Below, one piece after another: positions 1 through 10,781 of a DNA stretch of 25,493 nt. The DNA lies in assembly GCF_006345805.1 (NCBI RefSeq), contig NW_021836040.1:1-25493 (forward strand). The letters run 5' to 3'. A model generated the notes under the pieces. That model was not told the origin of the DNA and did no database searches. It saw only the letters and a list, made by a program, of their open reading frames with translations. How positions within the stretch are numbered: the stretch's first letter is position 1; the number at the start of each line of letters is the position of its first letter. This DNA comes from Octopus sinensis (lineage: Eukaryota). Position numbers and translations under genes: made by a program.

Positions 1-526
1 CGACTGCTTCCTGTTAAACACAATTTCTCGATCCAAATTTTTCTCCAAATAAATTTATATTTTCCTGAGAAAGAGATTCTGTGATTTTTATTAACTGTCA
101 TCTCATTCCCCTCTAGACTGTTGATTAATTTTGATGGGATTCATTCTTAATTATTTTTCTTTCAGTTACAGCCTTCTAGTAATGGAGGTTTTAACTGATA
201 GCTTTTAACTCTTGTTTGAGGCCACTAAATATACATTTGAATAGGTGTTAGTGGTGCATATATGTTGGTGTATATGTGTGTGTGTGATAAATTCATAATC
301 CGTTGAATTTTTACAATTCAAATTATTGTGTTCGTATACTCCAACTAATGTGGTCTTACAACAATTATTCATCTACTTATGAGCAAAGTAACAACCTATC
401 TATAACTCTGCTTGCCCATCTTCCCTATTTCTCCCTCTTCAACTCTCTTTGTCTCTCGCTCTCTCTCTGTATCATTCTCAAACTTCGGCCAATCCCTTAC
501 TAATTTTTTATATATATTATATATAT

Positions 527-632
527 ATGCTGGGGCACCACGCCGAAGCGTTTTAGTCAAACAAATCCCCTTCCTGTACTTATGTCATTTTAAAATTTGG
601 AACTTATTCTGTGGATCCCTTTACCGAACTGT
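527..632 (-). mobile_element. Old, diverged 3' fragment of SINE family B
   Basis: tgctggggcacc...ttagtcaaacaaatcccc...acttattctgtgg...accgaact aligns loosely to the SINE B 3' region at 23855-23950. Confidence 0.5.
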
Positions 633-813
633 TCAATTCTGGGTTAAGAATTTCCACCTTTAATTTTTTGAAATTACTTCCTTTTCTGTATTGAGCAGCC
701 AACAATTGTCACCAGATTTGTATCATATTTTTCCAACTAACAAGTAAATTAAATAGTTTCATTTGCTTACCTGATTCAGTAATTCCTCACATATCTGAAG
801 TACATCCCTCCCT

Positions 814-876
814 CCATCCATCCATCCATCCAACCATCCACATACATCTATGTGTATGTATATGCAATACATACAT

Positions 877-932
<56 letters not shown>

Positions 933-942
933 TGTGTGTGTG

Positions 943-980
<38 letters not shown>

Positions 981-998
981 ATATTTGTGTGTATATAT
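814..998. repeat. Compound microsatellite (TCCA)n/(TA)n/(TG)n/(TATG)n
   Basis: Simple repeats directly visible. Confidence 0.95.
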
Positions 999-1202
999 CA
1001 TGATAGATCGTTAGCCACTACACACATTTTTTTCTCTCTTTTTACTCTCCTTGTTTTTTCTGTGTCTCTTTCTGTAGAAGAGCGTAGGCTCGAAACATAA
1101 AATACTTTTTCTATTCCTGAGCGTTATACTAATACATCTGTTTGTTTTGGTTTTTGTACACCACCTGTCTTCGTCTTTTGTTTTTCTTTCGTAAACTCTC
1201 CC

Positions 1203-1203
<1 letters not shown>
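998..1203 (+). mobile_element. Short TA-flanked element with minimal hammerhead-like motif (probable Penelope pLTR derivative)
   Basis: 1069-1102 reads TTT-CTGTAGA-A-GAGC-GTAG-GCTC-GAAA-C-ATA-AAA. The downstream ttcctgagcgt...aatac motif is shared with the element at 9976-10180. Flanked by TA repeats. Confidence 0.6.
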
Positions 1204-1432
<229 letters not shown>

Positions 1433-2303
1433 TACAAACGTGGAAGAATAGAAAACATTTGGATCCAGTTGAAAATTCTTGATGTTATTTCAAAAAATGC
1501 AAATATTTGCTGTAGAAACCAGAGATTTTTCTTCTATTAGAATTCCTATGGTAAATGAATCTGCTGGGAACATTGTTTTCTTAGTAGCGTTTTTATTTCT
1601 ACAATTTCTATTTTGCTGTAATTAGCATTCGATTTTTTTTTGTAAAGATTTCTGTAAAAACATTCTTTTTCTTTTAACAGTATCACTCATTATCAAGATT
1701 GTCGTGATCATCGTCATGAGCTTTACAATAATGATCCTTTTCTTCCACTTTTTATATCCTCCTCGCACTTCTCCTCCTCCTCTTACTCACCCCGCTGGTC
1801 CTCTCAACGTCAAGATTTCAAAAAAAAAAAATGAAAAAAAGAAACAAACTAAAAACGAAACACAAAAAACAAAATGTACGTCCGTGTGACAAAGTTAAAA
1901 ATCACCGCTCGACGGAAAAGACGTATGTTTGAACGTCGGATAAAACACATAGCGACTTTCAGTAGAGTTCTGTTTCATATTTCACGTTCAAATCCCGCAA
2001 AAGTCAGGTCAACACAAATTGCAGTGGTACGTTACCTGAAGAATTTACCCAAGTTGTTTATAGTAAGGTGGAAAGGGACATGTATTCGTCTGTTAACCCC
2101 CTACCCCCCAAAGAAAAAAAAAACAGAGGCTGTTTCCATATGCCTTCATAGAAAGACACGGTGTCATGGCCGATGTGTATTATGATGAATGGCAAGATGG
2201 GCGACTAGATGAAGACTTGAGACAGGCAGAAAAGTAGTAAGGAAGAAAGATAGGATAAAAGAAATACTGAGTTCAAATTTCTCCGATGTCCACTTTCGAG
2301 GTC

Positions 2304-3154
2304 GAAAAGGATGAAAGGCAAAGTCGACCTCGGCGGAATTTGAACTCAGAACGTAACGGCAGACGAAATACCTATTTCTTTACTACCCACAATGGGCTAA
2401 ACACAGAGTGTACAAACAAGGACAGACAAACGGATTAAGTCGATTATATCGACCCCAGTGCGTAACTGGTACTTAATTTATCGACCCCGAAAGAATGAAA
2501 GGCGAAGTCGACCCGGCGGAATTTGAACTCAGAACGTAAAGACAGACGAAATACCTATTTCTTTACTACCCACAAGGGGCTAAACACAGAGAGGACAGAC
2601 AAGGACAGACAAACGGATTAAGTCGATTATATCGACCCCAGTGCGTAACTGGTACTTAATTTATCGACCCCGAAAGAATGAAAGGCGAAGTCGACCCGGC
2701 GGAATTTGAACTCAGAACGTAACGGCAGACGAAATACCTATTTCTTTACTACCCACAAGGGGCTAAACACAGAGAGGACAGACAAGGACAGACAAACGGA
2801 TTAAGTCGATTACATCGACTCCCAGTGCGTAACTGGTACTTAATTTATCGACCCCGAAAGGATGAAAGGCACAGTCAACCTCGGCGGAATTTGAACTCAG
2901 AACGTAACGGCAGACGAAATACCTATTTCTTTACTACCCACAAAGGGCTAAACATAGAGGAGACAAACAAGGACAGACATAGGTATTAAGTCGATTACAT
3001 CGACCCCAGTGCGGAACTGGTACTTAATTTATCGAACCCGAAAGGGTGAAAGGCAAAGTCGACCTCGGTGGAATTTGAACTCACAGCGTAACGACAGGCG
3101 AAATACCGCTAAGCATTTCGTCCGGCGTGCTAACGTATCTGCCAGCTCGCCGCC
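2304..3154 (-). repeat. Tandem array of SINE family A: one tRNA-like head plus about 4.3 further units of 183-184 bp
   Basis: (a/g)tgaaaggc recurs at 2311, 2495, 2678, 2862 and 3046. The head ggcggcgagctggcag starts at 3154 on the minus strand. Units match the single copies at 18263 and 23092. Confidence 0.95.
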
Positions 3155-3896
3155 TTAACAACAACAATTGTGTATAATCCCAATTATGCGAGGTTTTGGT
3201 GCTATATTGTCGAGGATCGATTTCTGGAAGAGAATATGTGGTGTTATTTTATTGGGTAATGCTACAACACACTGTGAGGCGTGTGTTGTTATATTGTTTG
3301 GCTATTTCGTGGTGATTCCATAGAGAATACTCTTATGCGATTAGCGTTATCTTATTGGGTGATAGTTGTGTAGAATGTGTCAAGTGCAGAGACTGACTTT
3401 ACAGTGTAAATTTTGTTAGCGGAAAGTAAACGTCTTATGTAAAATGTAAACTGCACTTAGCAGCCCTTTCACTTACGCTGTGTGCAAAATTATTAGCCCT
3501 GGTTTCGTTTGTGTCTTTTTGCTCACATATTTTTTCTTCTTATATCTAGCGCTTCGCTATTGTTAGCGCTGTTTTCACAATCGCGTCCCACATTCTGTTT
3601 ATTTCAATTACAAGAATTTTGTTTATACTTTGACAGTTACTCAACATTTTTCGGTGCAATGGTTTGGGTTGGCGGGTATCGAAATGTCTTTCAGAATACA
3701 GCCATCTTAAATCTACTCCTTGATAATTATATCTGAATAGTTTTACCTTAATTTATTCGTTAATTTTGACAGACATACGCATCTTAGATGATTGGCAGGC
3801 CGTTATTATCTATTATGTTTCGTATATGTTTTAATCACTTCTTTTCCATTTTCCTGACAAAGCGTCTGTATATTGTCTTGTAGACATATTTTCCAG

Positions 3897-3952
3897 CTTC
3901 AATGTGTCTTTGTACATACTTACACTTCAATGTGTCTTTGTACATACTTACA
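3897..3952. repeat. Perfect 28-bp tandem duplication
   Basis: cttcaatgtgtctttgtacatacttaca occurs twice. Confidence 0.9.
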
Positions 3953-4000
3953 CTCGGCTACAACTGGACATCCTGAAATGATGTTGACTGATTGTATTAT

Positions 4001-4170
4001 TGGTGGATTTGCCAAATCGTTAGAGCGCCCCGTGGCTCTCGGTTTAAATCTCGCAGGCTTTTTGTCTTGTCTTCCATCTCTGCGGTGTCGATAAAATAAA
4101 GGACCAATGAAATACTGTGTTGACGTAATTGACTAACCCTTCCCATAAAAATTTTTAGCCTTGTGCCCAA

Positions 4171-4172
<2 letters not shown>
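4001..4172 (+). mobile_element. Old diverged SINE A-related copy
   Basis: aatcgttagagcg...tttaaatc...gtcgataaaataaaggacca...taattgacta parallels the SINE A motifs and ends in (ATT)n. Confidence 0.55.
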
Positions 4173-4216
<44 letters not shown>

Positions 4217-4356
4217 TATTATTATTATGTCTTTCTTCAAATTTTCTTCCGTTTCTCGCCGAGTGTTTTCCATACACCTAGGGCAGAGAAGCTCATTGTA
4301 TGCATTCCCAGATTACACACGCAAATTCACAGATAAAATATGTATTTAAAAAATTA

Positions 4357-4410
<54 letters not shown>

Positions 4411-4415
4411 TTATT

Positions 4416-4455
<40 letters not shown>

Positions 4456-4463
4456 CATCATCA

Positions 4464-4528
<65 letters not shown>
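4171..4528. repeat. (ATT)n and (CAT)n microsatellites (4171-4227, 4353-4528)
   Basis: Directly visible. Confidence 0.95.
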
Positions 4529-4568
4529 GCTGTTGTTGATGTTATGGATTACATTTTGTCTGTTCTTT

Positions 4569-4936
4569 GTAGCTGTGTGGTAAGTAGCTACCTTACCTAC
4601 CACATGCTTCCGGGTTCATTCCCACTTCGTGGAACCTTGGGCAAGTATCTTCTACTATAGCCTTGGGCCGACCAAAGCCTTGTGAGTAGATTTAGTAGAC
4701 GGAAACTGAAAGAAGCCCGTCGTATATATATATATATATATGTGTGTGTGGTGTGTGTGTGTGTGTGTGTGTTTGTGTGTCTGTGTTTGCCCCCAACATC
4801 GCTTTACAACCGATGCTGGTGTGTTTACATCCCCGTAACTTAGGCTTACAAAGAATGAGTCCTGGGGTCGATTTGCTCAACTAAAGGCGCTGCCCCAGCA
4901 CGGCCGCAGTCAAATGACTGAAAAGAGTAAAGAGTA
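4569..4936 (+). mobile_element. tRNA-derived SINE family B with internal (TA)(TG) tract and a small internal deletion
   Basis: A-box-like gctgtgtggtaag, B-box-like ggttcattccc, CORE-like ccttgggcaagt. High similarity to 14491-14902. Confidence 0.9.
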
Positions 4937-5826
4937 TAATTTTTGTCTTGTATTACGCGAATTTTTACAGAAGAGTGAGAAACTTATTTTCATATTTCTT
5001 TGCCGTATTTAGACTACGTATAAGAAGCTGAGCATTTGAACATTATTTGATTAGCCATATTTCAACATGCTCCTTTGTAGGAAGATATAACCACTACAGC
5101 AGTTTGTAAATAAGCACGCCCCTAGCCAAACATATATGGGATAAAAGCGTCGGATGGATTAAAAAATGGCAAGCGAAAGAATCAAAAAGTAGTCTAACCA
5201 TACTGAACAACACAGATACACTTGGCGAAAGTAACTTTGTGACCAACAACGGTGTTAAAATTGATTTAAATATTCTAAGTGAAAAAGCAAACAGCAACAG
5301 CTTTCGTACATACAGGCTTTGTCAGATAAAAATAACGTTAAAAATTTGAGGGAAGGAGTATTTTGATCTTTTGCAGCATAATTTCTAATAAGCGGGTTTT
5401 AAATACAAACAGGACAACTGCATTGTAATATTACTAGCAAAGACAAGTGCGTTTTTTTCTGATTTTGTTAAAGAGGTGCGAAAGAGAATAAGATAGCTGT
5501 GCATTGCCAAAGACAGTGCATCTTTCCTTGTACTCTGAGATCCTCCAGAAATCATCTTTCCCTATGTGCACGGTGAAACCTCTTACATCCTTGGTGGAAG
5601 CTCATACGGCACAATAAGTTTTGTTTTTAAAGCTGAGGATGGTGGACTAAAACAAGTTCGGTTAGCTTGGTTAATATGTCACATAACTGATCGTTGATTG
5701 GATACATAGTAACTGGGATGATAGGACACGGGAGTCATTAAAATGATATAGTTGACCATGTAAACTTTTAGTTTATGTTAAACCTCGTTGCCCAGGATGG
5801 GTGATCAGCACTGAGGATTTTTCTTT

Positions 5827-6202
5827 TCAACCCTGTTTACCGTGGTGGGGACGCTGGCAACGGGTAGTGTCAGAGCTTATGCCGTCGGGAACTTCGGTTC
5901 CTGGTAGGGGCCACCCAAGGCGGATTGGTTTGACACCGAGTGGTATTAGGGCCGCAACCCGGCATACGGGGCTCTGGTGAAAATCCTCGGAGTGTCTGCT
6001 CCGGCAACCGGCGGCTCCTCGGTCGTTCTGTTCCTGCGTCTGCGGACAATCTGCGGCAAACAGGATGTCTCCACATGCGGGATTGTTGGGGACCGCTTGT
6101 GAAATCCACATATTCCCACGAAACTTCTTCCGTGAGTAGAAGAAGCCGACTCAACCCGTCCAGGGTGAATGTCGCCACAAGTACAAGTACAAGTAAGTAA
6201 GT
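5827..6202 (+). mobile_element. Short non-autonomous RTE-derived element (5'UTR-like part plus 3' tail)
   Basis: GC-rich island. The gagcttatgccgtcggg...ctggtaggggccacccaaggc motif resembles RTE (Rex3/Expander-type) 5' UTRs, from recall. Ends in (CAAGTA)n/(AAGT)n, typical of RTE tails. Confidence 0.6.
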
Positions 6203-6216
6203 GCTGATCATATATG

Positions 6217-6528
6217 TTTTTGTTGTTGTTTGTTCCTCCTCGAGCCATGCCTGGCTCATAAGGGCCGGTTTCCCGGTTTCTTGGCGTATAGGTTCCCCAC
6301 CTGGACGGGACGCCGGTCCGTCGCAGGTGAGCTGCAAGATGCAGGAGGAAAGAGTGAGAGAAAGTTGTGGCGAAAGAGTCAGCAGAAGTCTCGCCGTTAC
6401 CTTCTGCCGGAGCCGCTTGGAGCTTAGGTGTTTCGCTCATAAACACACACATCGCCCGGTCTGAGATTCGAACCCGCGATCCCTCGACCGCGAGTCTGCT
6501 GCTCTAACCATTAGGCTATGTGCCTCCA
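6217..6528 (-). mobile_element. tRNA-derived SINE family C, full length
   Basis: tRNA-like head with B box ggttcgaatc and (CAA)n tail. 13-bp TSD ctgatcatatatg at 6204-6216 and 6529-6541. Near-identical to 18495-18792. Confidence 0.95.
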
Positions 6529-7269
6529 CTGATCATATATGGGCTTTTCCTGCCACCGTTTCAGCACTGCATACTGTAGCCTCTTTTCTTTAGCATAACT
6601 TTTAGCTTCTCGCAGTTTCCATTATTTCTTTTTTCTCTTCACATCTGTCACTTTAACCTCTGGCTTCTATTTTTGTCTTCCTCAAAGACAGAAAAGATTT
6701 TTGTTTTGTTCGTGTTTTGTAGCTGTTAGTATTAGATTTTCGTTTTTTTCTTTGTTACTGGGAATTCTAGTAGTCTTACAGTGGATATTTCAAAACAGTT
6801 TCTATATTCCTGATACTATATAATCTTTCTGTTAGCTTTTGCATACGGTTTTCTGACTGTAGTCAATATTTTTTTCTGTCTAGTCTTACTAATTCATTTT
6901 GTGACTAATTGAGAATATTATAACTAACTTATAATGGGACAAAGCATTGATGCTTATTTTGTTTTGTCTTGAATCATTTTTATTCTGATGTGTTTATATA
7001 ATTCCGTCCTAACCTTTTTCATTTATATATGTTGTGTTCTGTGTACCTCATTAATTCATGAGTATTCCTAAGTCTCTATTTAGTCTAAATCTCTTATCTC
7101 TGATTCTTTATTAGTGATCTTAATTAGTTTTTCCTCTCCAGAAAGTTGCCTTCGCGTTTTTTGTAATTTGAATCTCATATCAATTCCTCACATAAATCTA
7201 TGCGTTGTCTATTAATTGTGTCTCTAGTTGTTTTTATCGACTATGGAGTTCGATTTCAGGTCGCCCACT

Positions 7270-8480
7270 TACAAAAATGATTGACTGGTCCCCCATGGCA
7301 CAGTCTGGCTTAATATGTTTGTTAAATGTGTTAATGCCCCCCCCCCCAAATATCTAAGAAGTGGGTTAGTATTTTTTTTATAATTGTCTCTTTGAATCTC
7401 CATCTGCAGAATTATTTTACCATTTAGTTACAAATCCATATGCGGGGAATACTATTGAAAATTATTTGGCTGTCAAACTATGCAATGCTCAGATCCTTCT
7501 TTCTCCACACAGAGTCTTTGTTGCTTTGCTTATAAGTAACTAATCTATACTGCCATAAGGGTCTTTGCACATCTTCTACTCTTCTGGAAACGACTTGCAT
7601 TTCAGTTAATTATTTATCCTATGCGATATTATTACAATTACTGTATGTAAACTGTTGGAGCACAGATTCTGTTGGTGGTTCTTTAGAATTTTCTGTTTAC
7701 TTTGCCTTCGGGTTTAAGATGGTTTACTTTTCAGTGAACTGGCAAGGTGTTTCTATTTATTTTGGTATGTTGATGAATAGCCATCTACATAGTATATGTA
7801 ATGTACATACGTTGTTGAAAGGCAAATTTACTGCGGTATTTGTCCTGAGATAACATACATTCTGGGCGTGCTGTGCTTAAAAACAATATATATCGAAGGA
7901 AGAGCATCATCTTCGAACACCAGATTCATTTCGGCCCCGTTGGATCTTTTCTATGGCGTGTACTTACAGCCAGCCATATGCTTAGACGAGGTTTGTCGCC
8001 TCCGATGTATAGGAAAACAGTGAAAACAATCACTGATGTTGCGAACAGCTGCTCGACTGAATAAAATTCTGTCACATGAAACAGAAGCAGTATCTAATTA
8101 AAATAACTGCATATATAATGTGCTTATTAAATATGTCAACCAGAATTTTGGGATATTCGTATTTGCTGATTTTGCTTTGCAGCGTTCGGCCTCCTTGAGC
8201 TTAAATGACCTCGCCAACTAGTATTCGGACACAGTGTTTATTATCTTGAATAACGTTGTCCGTGGTGGTACTGTCAATATGTATGTTCCTTCTCGTTGTC
8301 GCTTTCAGTAACGAAAACTTCTTTGGGATTTAGCAAGTATCTTTTGTTTTGGGCTTTTCTTTACTTCGGGTACTTTATTGATTATGCCATAATTCTGTAA
8401 CATTTGTCTCTCACATTTTTTTGTCAACAATGTATGTTTTATTGATTTTCCCAAGGAACGAGAGATCTTATATTTTGTCT
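7270..8480 (-). pseudogene. Possible very old LINE AP-endonuclease relic (RTE-like)
   Basis: Collinear remnants NIRSL (8474-8460), ICAPT (~YAPT, 7667-7653) and SADGD (~SPDG, 7410-7396). Many stops, and the spacing of the first two is longer than usual. Confidence 0.3.
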
Positions 8481-8704
8481 ATCCTTTTATCCGTATGTTT
8501 CTCTTCCGTGTTGTTTGCACGGATTTTTAATATTCCTATATGTATAGATCTGGGTGAGTAATAACTTTCGCCGGTAACAACTGCAGTTATCGGATATATT
8601 ATTTAGTTTAACCGGGTGATATTGATGTGCATGTCTGTTTTCATTAAGTTCACGATGTCTAGATTTGTGTTTCGTTGTCTTACTATTTTATAATTGACTT
8701 TTAT

Positions 8705-9807
8705 ACATATATGTATGTCTGTCAGTCAGTTTGTGTGTATGCATGTTTGTATGTATGCTTGAATGTCTGTATGCATATATGTGTATGCATATATAAGCAT
8801 ATGTTACATGCGTAACAAGAGGAAGAACTTAGGTTGATTTTTATATTTTAAAATATTTACACCTTTAGATTAGAGTCATACACAAAACTTCTGTCTTTAG
8901 AAATATCTACTCCTGACCCCTTTTCATATTCTCTTTTATTAATATATTTCTTGTGCTAATTTGGTTCTGTTTTAGGTCGCAAAATTATTTTTTGTTTTGT
9001 TATATACTTTTTTCTAATGCCACTTTTATTTTCGTGGTATATATTTGTTATAATATTTTTTATCCTTGTCATTTGTGTATCATTTATATATTACATCTCT
9101 CAGCTGTTTTATTTCTATATCATATATTTTTGGCTTTGAGAATGCATTTTCTTAAATTGGTTCGTCTGTGAATATTCAAGGACACATAAACATTGTCTTA
9201 GTGTAAGAGCGCACCTTTTGATGCAAGTCTGAAGAAGAGACACTTCAAATGTTTAAAACTGCAAATATTACACAACTTTTCACATAGAACTTTCGTGTAA
9301 AGTGGCGTTAAAAACGAAAATTCCACGAAAATAAAGTGGCATTAGAAAAAAGTATATAAGAAAACAAAAAGTATATAACAAAACAAAAAATAATTTTCGA
9401 CCTAAAACAGAGCCAAATTAGCACAAGAAATATATTAATAAAAGAGAATATGAAAAGGGGTCAGGAGTAGAAGAGAAACAATTGTAATTAAAAATGTTCT
9501 AATCCCTTTCTTTGTTTGCTTATAAGGATTATATTTTACTCTTCGTTAGGCCATTCACTGGATTTACCAGTGCGACACCTGGATTTTCTACAATATGTAG
9601 AATTTCGATCTTCTTTGAGACCACAATTCACGAGCTTGAGTTGAGTGCTGCTTTGTAAATACTCCGATTTTCTACTCTTTCAGGAGCATGATAGACATAT
9701 ATGTCTGTCTGTCGGTCAGTTTGTGTGTATGCATGTTTGTATGAATGTTTGAATGTCTGTGTGCATATATGTGTATGCATATATAAGCATATGTTACATG
9801 CGTAACA
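8705..9807 (+). repeat. 113-bp direct repeat pair (8705-8817 and 9695-9807)
   Basis: acatatatgt...gttacatgcgtaaca is duplicated 990 bp apart with 5 mismatches by manual count. Confidence 0.95.
8818..9471 (+). mobile_element. 5'-truncated Penelope-like element: GIY-YIG C-terminal remnant, pLTR with decayed HHR, inverted partial pLTR
   Basis: EELRLIF...TPL (frameshifted) resembles the PLE C-terminal E..LIF.L.T..P.GLN motif. Inverted arms at 8906-9037 and 9323-9471. CTGAAGA-AG-AGACA..TGTTT-AAAAC at 9229-9259. Confidence 0.6.
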
Positions 9808-9842
9808 GTGTCATAATATTCAGTAAAACTGTAGTCAAAACC

Positions 9843-9957
9843 AGTATTAGGCTTCCAAAGAATAAGTCCTGGAGTCTATTTGCTCAACTAAAGGCGGTGC
9901 TCCAGCATGGCCGCAGTCAAATGAATGAAACAAGTAAAAGATTAAAAGAGTAAAGAG
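9843..9957 (+). mobile_element. 3' fragment of SINE family B
   Basis: aagaataagtcctgg...ccagcatggccgcagtcaaatg...agtaaaaga matches the SINE B tail. Confidence 0.85.
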
Positions 9958-9975
9958 TGTGTATATATATATATA

Positions 9976-10180
9976 GTTAATCCAAACATGAAAACACAAA
10001 GAGAACACAACAACGCGAGGACGTGGAACAAATATAGTATTATTGGACGCTCAGGAAAGAAGGGAAGAAGGAGGGTTTAACGTTTCGAGCGGAGCTCTTC
10101 GTCGGAAACATAGGAGAAGGAAAGATCCAGAGAAGGGAAGACAGAGGAAAAAAATCGCCAACGGTACACACGAGGTCACA
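9976..10180 (-). mobile_element. Short element with minimal hammerhead-like motif (Penelope pLTR-like)
   Basis: Minus strand 10109-10075 reads GTTT-CCGACGA-A-GAGC-TCC-GCTC-GAAA-C-GTT-AAAC. Shares ttcctgagcgt with 998-1203. Its 3' end abuts (TA)n. Confidence 0.65.
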
Positions 10181-10366
10181 TTTGATTTGGGTGACTTGTG
10201 TTGAATGAAGAGTAATTTGAAACAGGATTTTCCAACCAGATGTCACTTCCTGTTGCCAATTCCTTCTTTCTTTCTTTCTTTCTTTCTTTCTTTGTTTTTC
10301 TGCAGCCTGGGTGTTTCTAGCATCACTGAGAACTGCAGAGCAACCATTTGTAGTATATGTATTTTA

Positions 10367-10781
10367 TACATAAATATAAGTGGGGGAACCACTATGTGGA
10401 AACCCTTACGCTAGAAAGAGATACGCTATGGTCTCAACCGCTAAGAATTGTTCTCCAGAAAGTTTAGCTCACCAGAAATGAAAGCGAGCAAGACAAATGA
10501 AAAATAACAAAAATATAGATTAATAACAAACAATTGTTTCACTATCAATAAATTACGTAATTTTACTTACACAACTTATCTGTAGATCTTCAGTGTGATC
10601 CTCTTTTATATATATATATATATAAGACAATATATATGTTATTTTTCATTTGTCCTGCTCGCTTACGTTCTTAGTGTGCTAAAACCTTTCTTGAGAACAA
10701 TTCTTAGTGGTTGAGTCCCTTTGCGGATCTATATCTAGCATAAGAGCGTCCACATAGTGGATTCTCTCTCATATTTGTGTA
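10367..10781. repeat. Diverged ~145-bp inverted repeat (10367-10509 / 10637-10781) with HHR-like motif in the loop
   Basis: Arms share gaacaattcttag.ggttgag and ccacatagtgg. Minus-strand CTGAAGA (10593-10587) ... GAAAC-AATT-GTT (10540-10529). Confidence 0.75.

Noticed and set aside
2304-3154. Retrozyme (ribozyme-containing tandem repeat)
   Set aside because: No CUGANGA/GAAA hammerhead or other ribozyme core was found in the unit on either strand.
5630-5660. CTGAGGA...AAAAC hammerhead-like string
   Set aside because: Stem II is implausible (2-nt loop) and GAAA is absent.
6010-6065. HDV-like ribozyme around ggc-TCCTCG-gtc
   Set aside because: Could not assign P1, the P1.1 GG or P2.
5827-6464. 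Overlapping 65-168 aa ORFs
   Set aside because: They span GC-rich non-coding retroposons and their junction; no recognisable domain.
6450-6528. Functional tRNA gene
   Set aside because: It is the tRNA-derived head of a SINE, continuous with the SINE body and bounded by TSDs.
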